The position numbers and the translations under genes are program-made. A stretch of DNA of 64,000 nucleotides. It comes from Phormidesmis sp. (GTDB lineage Bacteria > Cyanobacteriota > Cyanobacteriia > Phormidesmidales > Phormidesmidaceae). The notes under the pieces are model-generated. The model saw only the letters and a list, made by a program, of their open reading frames with translations, ran no database searches and was not told the DNA's origin. The stretch covers positions 8,203 to 72,202 of the forward strand of contig JBGTNW010000143.1 of the NCBI GenBank assembly GCA_041742865.1, written 5' to 3'. Below are positions 60,477 through 64,000 of the stretch, piece after piece; positions within the stretch are counted from its first letter, which is position 1, and each line of letters begins with the position of its first letter.

Positions 60477-60706
60477 TACACCTTGCCCTTTTAATCTTTT
60501 TTCGATCTTTTTTTATTTTTAAGGCTTTAATCATAAAGGCTCGAATGAACCGTTTCAAACACAATCTAGGCTTAGCATTAGTTTCAATAAATAAATCCCA
60601 TTACAATAGATCAGGGTACTTTGGTTTAAGATACGCTTCACAAGCCAATGGCCAAGAACAGTTACTGAAAACAGTGACTAACAAAATTTTAGAGAAGGAC
60701 GAACTC

Positions 60707-61540
60707 ATGACCTACCGCCAAGCTCGGCCGCAGAAACAGTCGCAAAAACAACCGCAAAAACGGTTTGCACAACGGCAAATCGCAGCTCTGCTGTGTGGAT
60801 TTGCGATCGCGACTGCGATCAGTAGCCTAGGGCGTCAGGCCACCGCCGCCGCGCCTGATACCGCGCCTGGTGAGCTAACAGCCACCCTTGCCAACATTGA
60901 AGCTGCTGCCACCGCTGGTGATGTCGAGGCTGTCATGCAGAACTATAGCCCTGAGTTTACAAACGAAGACGGCTTCACTTACGAAACGCTGCCCGCCGCG
61001 CTTGAAACCCTATGGGAGCGCTACAGCAACCTCACCTACCGCGTTGAACTTCAGTCATGGGAGCCTATGAGTGACGGCGGCTATACGGCTGAAACGCTCA
61101 CTTACATTGACGGCACTCAAAATATTGACACTCAGCCTGCCAAGCTAGAATCGGTCATCCGCTCACAGCAAGTCTACAGCGGCGGCAAAATTATTTCTCA
61201 AACTATCCTTTCTGAACGCAACCAGGTAACGTCAGGCACTACGCCGCCGACGGTATCGGTGATTTTACCGGAGCAAGTGGCACCGGGCGAACGCTACGAC
61301 TTTGATGCGATTGTCATGGAGCCCTTAGGCAACCGCTATCTGCTAGGAGCCGCGATTGAAGAAGGCGCAACGGCCACTGATTTCTTTACCGGACGCCCAC
61401 TTAATTTAGAGCTGCTGTCGGCGGGCGGCCTCTTTAAAATCGGTTCCGCCCCTTCATCACCCGATAGCCGCTGGGTATCTGCGCTCCTAGTGCGATCAGA
61501 CGGCCTGACCGTGGTTACCCGCCGTCTACGAGTAAACTAA
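60707..61540 (+). CDS. Secreted NTF2/SnoaL-like domain protein
   Basis: ATG after aagga; signal-like segment; YSPEF..EDG; GGLFK. Confidence 0.75.
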   Translation: MTYRQARPQKQSQKQPQKRFAQRQIAALLCGFAIATAISSLGRQATAAAPDTAPGELTATLANIEAAATAGDVEAVMQNYSPEFTNEDGFTYETLPAALETLWERYSNLTYRVELQSWEPMSDGGYTAETLTYIDGTQNIDTQPAKLESVIRSQQVYSGGKIISQTILSERNQVTSGTTPPTVSVILPEQVAPGERYDFDAIVMEPLGNRYLLGAAIEEGATATDFFTGRPLNLELLSAGGLFKIGSAPSSPDSRWVSALLVRSDGLTVVTRRLRVN

Positions 61541-61641
61541 GCAGCCGCAAAGCGGTTTTAGCGCGCTAAATCAACCCGACTATTCACCCGATGCCGGTGA
61601 CTGAGGATGCCTGGCTAAGATGCCTGATTGAGGATGCCTGA

Positions 61642-62340
61642 CTAAGCAGTGACAAGCGTCGACTCTAGGAGCCCTTTAAATAGCGTTAGGCCATCGATAT
61701 TGCCGAGAGCGGGGTCAGCAGCGCGTTCGGGGTGGGGCATCATGCCCAAAATGTTACCGGCCCGGTTGCAGATGCCCGCAATATTGTTGAGTGAGCCGTT
61801 GGGATTGGCGGCGGCGCTGGGGTTACCCGTGGCATCACAGTAGCGGAAAAGCACTTGCTGATTCTCTTCTAGAGCTTTGAGGGTATCAGGTTCGGCGTAG
61901 TAGCAGCCTTCTCCGTGGGCGATGGGAAGGGTAATGATTTGACCTTTTTGGTATTGCTGAGTCCAAGGCAGGTCGGTGCGCTCTACGCGCAAAGGGAGGC
62001 GATCGCACACAAAATGCAAATCTCGATTTCGCACCAAGGCACCGGGCAAGAGGCCCATTTCCGTCAGTACCTGAAAGCCATTGCAAATACCGATCACAAA
62101 TTTGCCTTGGCGGGCATGGTCGGCGGTGGCCTGCATGGCGGGAGAAAATTGCGCGATCGCCCCACAGCGCAAATAATCGCCGTAGCTAAAGCCTCCGGGA
62201 ATAACCACCACATCAATATCGGCCAGATCGCGCTCCTCGTGCCAGATTAGGCGAGTGGGCTGATGCAAAATATCACGAAGGATGTAGGCGATATCGCGAT
62301 CGCAATTCGCCCCCGGAAAAACAATCACACCAAAATTCAT
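61642..62340 (-). CDS. purQ: FGAM synthase glutaminase subunit
   Basis: [33 protein letters not shown]. Confidence 0.97.
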   Translation of the reverse strand: MNFGVIVFPGANCDRDIAYILRDILHQPTRLIWHEERDLADIDVVVIPGGFSYGDYLRCGAIAQFSPAMQATADHARQGKFVIGICNGFQVLTEMGLLPGALVRNRDLHFVCDRLPLRVERTDLPWTQQYQKGQIITLPIAHGEGCYYAEPDTLKALEENQQVLFRYCDATGNPSAAANPNGSLNNIAGICNRAGNILGMMPHPERAADPALGNIDGLTLFKGLLESTLVTA

Positions 62341-62476
62341 CGCTCTTTTCCCTGCTCGGTTCTTTGCAAAATGTTCTCTCAAAAAAATGCTAACAAAAGA
62401 ATGGCTAACAATGGCTAACAGGGGATTTACTCATCGCCTGAATAGCCATTTTATCAACCGTCTTTAGGCCACTGCT

Positions 62477-62758
62477 TTAGGCCACTGCCGCCGCAAACAC
62501 CTCAATTTGATAGTTTTCTATCACTGGATTAGCCAGTAGCTGATCGCAAATCTGATCTAGCTGCTGTTGAGCAGCCAACTCGCTTTCAGCCGTTAGCTCT
62601 AATTCAATGTACTTACCAATGCGCACCTTAGAAACATTGTCATAACCCATATGGCCTAGGCCAGCGCGCACCGCTGTTCCTGCCGGATCAAGTACAGAAG
62701 GCCGCAGCGTCACATACACTTTGGCTTGATATAGAACAGTCTCAGAAAGCTGCGCCAC
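62477..62758 (-). CDS. purS: FGAM synthase subunit PurS
   Basis: LRPSVLDPAG, VRIGKY, LLANPVIE; start uncertain. Confidence 0.93.
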   Translation of the reverse strand: MAQLSETVLYQAKVYVTLRPSVLDPAGTAVRAGLGHMGYDNVSKVRIGKYIELELTAESELAAQQQLDQICDQLLANPVIENYQIEVFAAAVA

Positions 62759-62922
62759 AAGGATTATGCCTTTGATAAAAGGCAAGCTGAAAAGGACTGT
62801 GTAATCCTACCGCAATAATCTCGTTTGAATCTGCTCTAGTTTGGGCTGGGCTAGCTTAAGCTAGAAACAAGTCAATCTCCACTGACTTTTAAACCGTATT
62901 TTTTACCGTTAGTCAAAGGCAA

Positions 62923-63306
62923 ATGAACAGCCGTCGCACTCGCAGTCAAAGTCAGGTTTTAGACCTGTTAAAACAGCTCAAAGAGGCCATCTCAGCGCAA
63001 GAACTATATCTAAACCTGCGGCAGCAACAGATCAGCATGGGGCTAGCGACAGTGTACCGAGCCCTAGACTCACTCAAATTAGAAGGCATCGTACAGGTGC
63101 GCACCCTTTCCAGCGGCGAATCATTGTATAGCCTTGCCAAAGAAGATACGCATCACCTCACCTGTGTCCGCTGCGGCGATTCCGCCGTCATGGATGAATG
63201 CCCAGTACATGGGCTAGAAAGCCATCTTACCGAGTCTCATCACTTTCAAATTTTCTACCATACGCTGGAGTTTTTTGGTCTGTGCGAGAAGTGTCAAGCG
63301 TCCTAG
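62923..63306 (+). CDS. zur: Fur-family regulator, Zur/FurB type
   Basis: GLATVYRAL, HHLTCxxC, CPVH, HTLEFFGLCxxC. Confidence 0.8.
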   Translation: MNSRRTRSQSQVLDLLKQLKEAISAQELYLNLRQQQISMGLATVYRALDSLKLEGIVQVRTLSSGESLYSLAKEDTHHLTCVRCGDSAVMDECPVHGLESHLTESHHFQIFYHTLEFFGLCEKCQAS

Positions 63307-63356
63307 CCGGGGATGGCTTGAGCGATCACTTAATATTTAGAAGCTATTCTCTAAAG

Positions 63357-63911
63357 CTATTCTCTTACGGTAACGGGCTGACCCAGAAATCCCATGGCTT
63401 CTTCGCACCAAGCAATCCAGGCGAGCTGCTGACGAATGCCTGCGCGTAACGACAGGTACTGAAATTGGCTTTCGCGAGAGAGTTCTAGGGCTTGGGCGTA
63501 GTGCTTGGCAATTCCTTGATAGTTTTTGAGCTTTTCTTTGTGCTGGCTGTAGTAGCCTTGCAGGGTTTTAATTAAAGTCTCAGTTGGTACGGTATGACCG
63601 ACCGAGACTTTGATCAGCAAGTCAGATTTAAGGGGCGAAATCGCTTCAATTTCGCCGATCCACCGTTGCAAAAGCTGCCGCCCGCTGTCAGTAACGGTAT
63701 AAAACTTTTTAGTGGGGCGATTAATTTGCTCAATTTTTTCAGAAGATAGATGCTGATCCGCTTCAAGCTGAGCCAGCGCCTTATAAATTTGCTGATGGCT
63801 AGCGCTCCAAAAGCAATCAACCGATTTACTAAAGCGTTTTACCAAGTCATAGCCGCTACAGGGCTGATTAATCAGCGCCGCTAAAATCGCGTAAGAAAGC
63901 ACCATATGCAA
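63357..63911 (-). CDS. PadR family regulator
   Basis: SGYDL, FWSASHQQIY, KKFYTVTDSG, helical C-terminal domain. Confidence 0.9.
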   Translation of the reverse strand: MHMVLSYAILAALINQPCSGYDLVKRFSKSVDCFWSASHQQIYKALAQLEADQHLSSEKIEQINRPTKKFYTVTDSGRQLLQRWIGEIEAISPLKSDLLIKVSVGHTVPTETLIKTLQGYYSQHKEKLKNYQGIAKHYAQALELSRESQFQYLSLRAGIRQQLAWIAWCEEAMGFLGQPVTVRE

Positions 63912-64000
63912 AAGCCAGAATAGTCATATATAAACATATACTGTATCCAGCCCGGCGACGCTCTCAAATCGGTAGCACCCTGCCGCGTAACCCGACCGGG

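Larger units (their letters stand above)
1..64000. repeat. HIP1 octamer GCGATCGC dispersed through the window
   Basis: Many exact copies (e.g. 34748, 36711, 37903, 40903); a cyanobacterial hallmark. Confidence 0.9.

Noticed and set aside
60332-60706. Long N-terminal extension of the NTF2-like ORF
   Set aside because: Overlaps the murG start and the divergent promoter region; ATG 60707 has an RBS
1-64000. CRISPR array or IS transposase
   Set aside because: No regularly spaced repeats with unique spacers, and no cas or transposase motifs seen
63947-64000. GC-rich possible structured RNA at the window edge
   Set aside because: Truncated by the window and not recognisable

Overview
Chromosomal window from a cyanobacterium: frequent HIP1 GCGATCGC sites, chlH, petE, psbX, an hli gene, ycf genes and a DXCF cyanobacteriochrome. 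Most of the window is housekeeping or signalling genes. The main exception is a ~12.6 kb integrative element at 28600-41259, bounded by a perfect 43-bp direct repeat that duplicates the 3' half of tRNA-Cys(GCA). It carries a tyrosine integrase, an AEP-primase-type Rep, an XRE regulator, an excisionase-like HTH, and a tightly coupled operon of unrecognised putative structural proteins, including a collagen/coiled-coil protein and Cys-motif paralogues. I could not recognise a terminase, portal, HK97 capsid, tail, packaging ATPase or conjugation gene in it, so it is a candidate small temperate virus or phage-plasmid of unfamiliar architecture. Its non-coding DNA is highly structured: candidate counter-transcripts, a three-arm inverted repeat at the XRE start, phased GCAC arrays and palindromes. 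Features missed by the ORF track include psbX, a TAG-interrupted hidden paralogue inside the element, a relic of a related element just outside the left att site, and a decayed BrnT/BrnA-like pair between a response regulator and its probable kinase. All family assignments come from motif recognition by eye; no searches were run.
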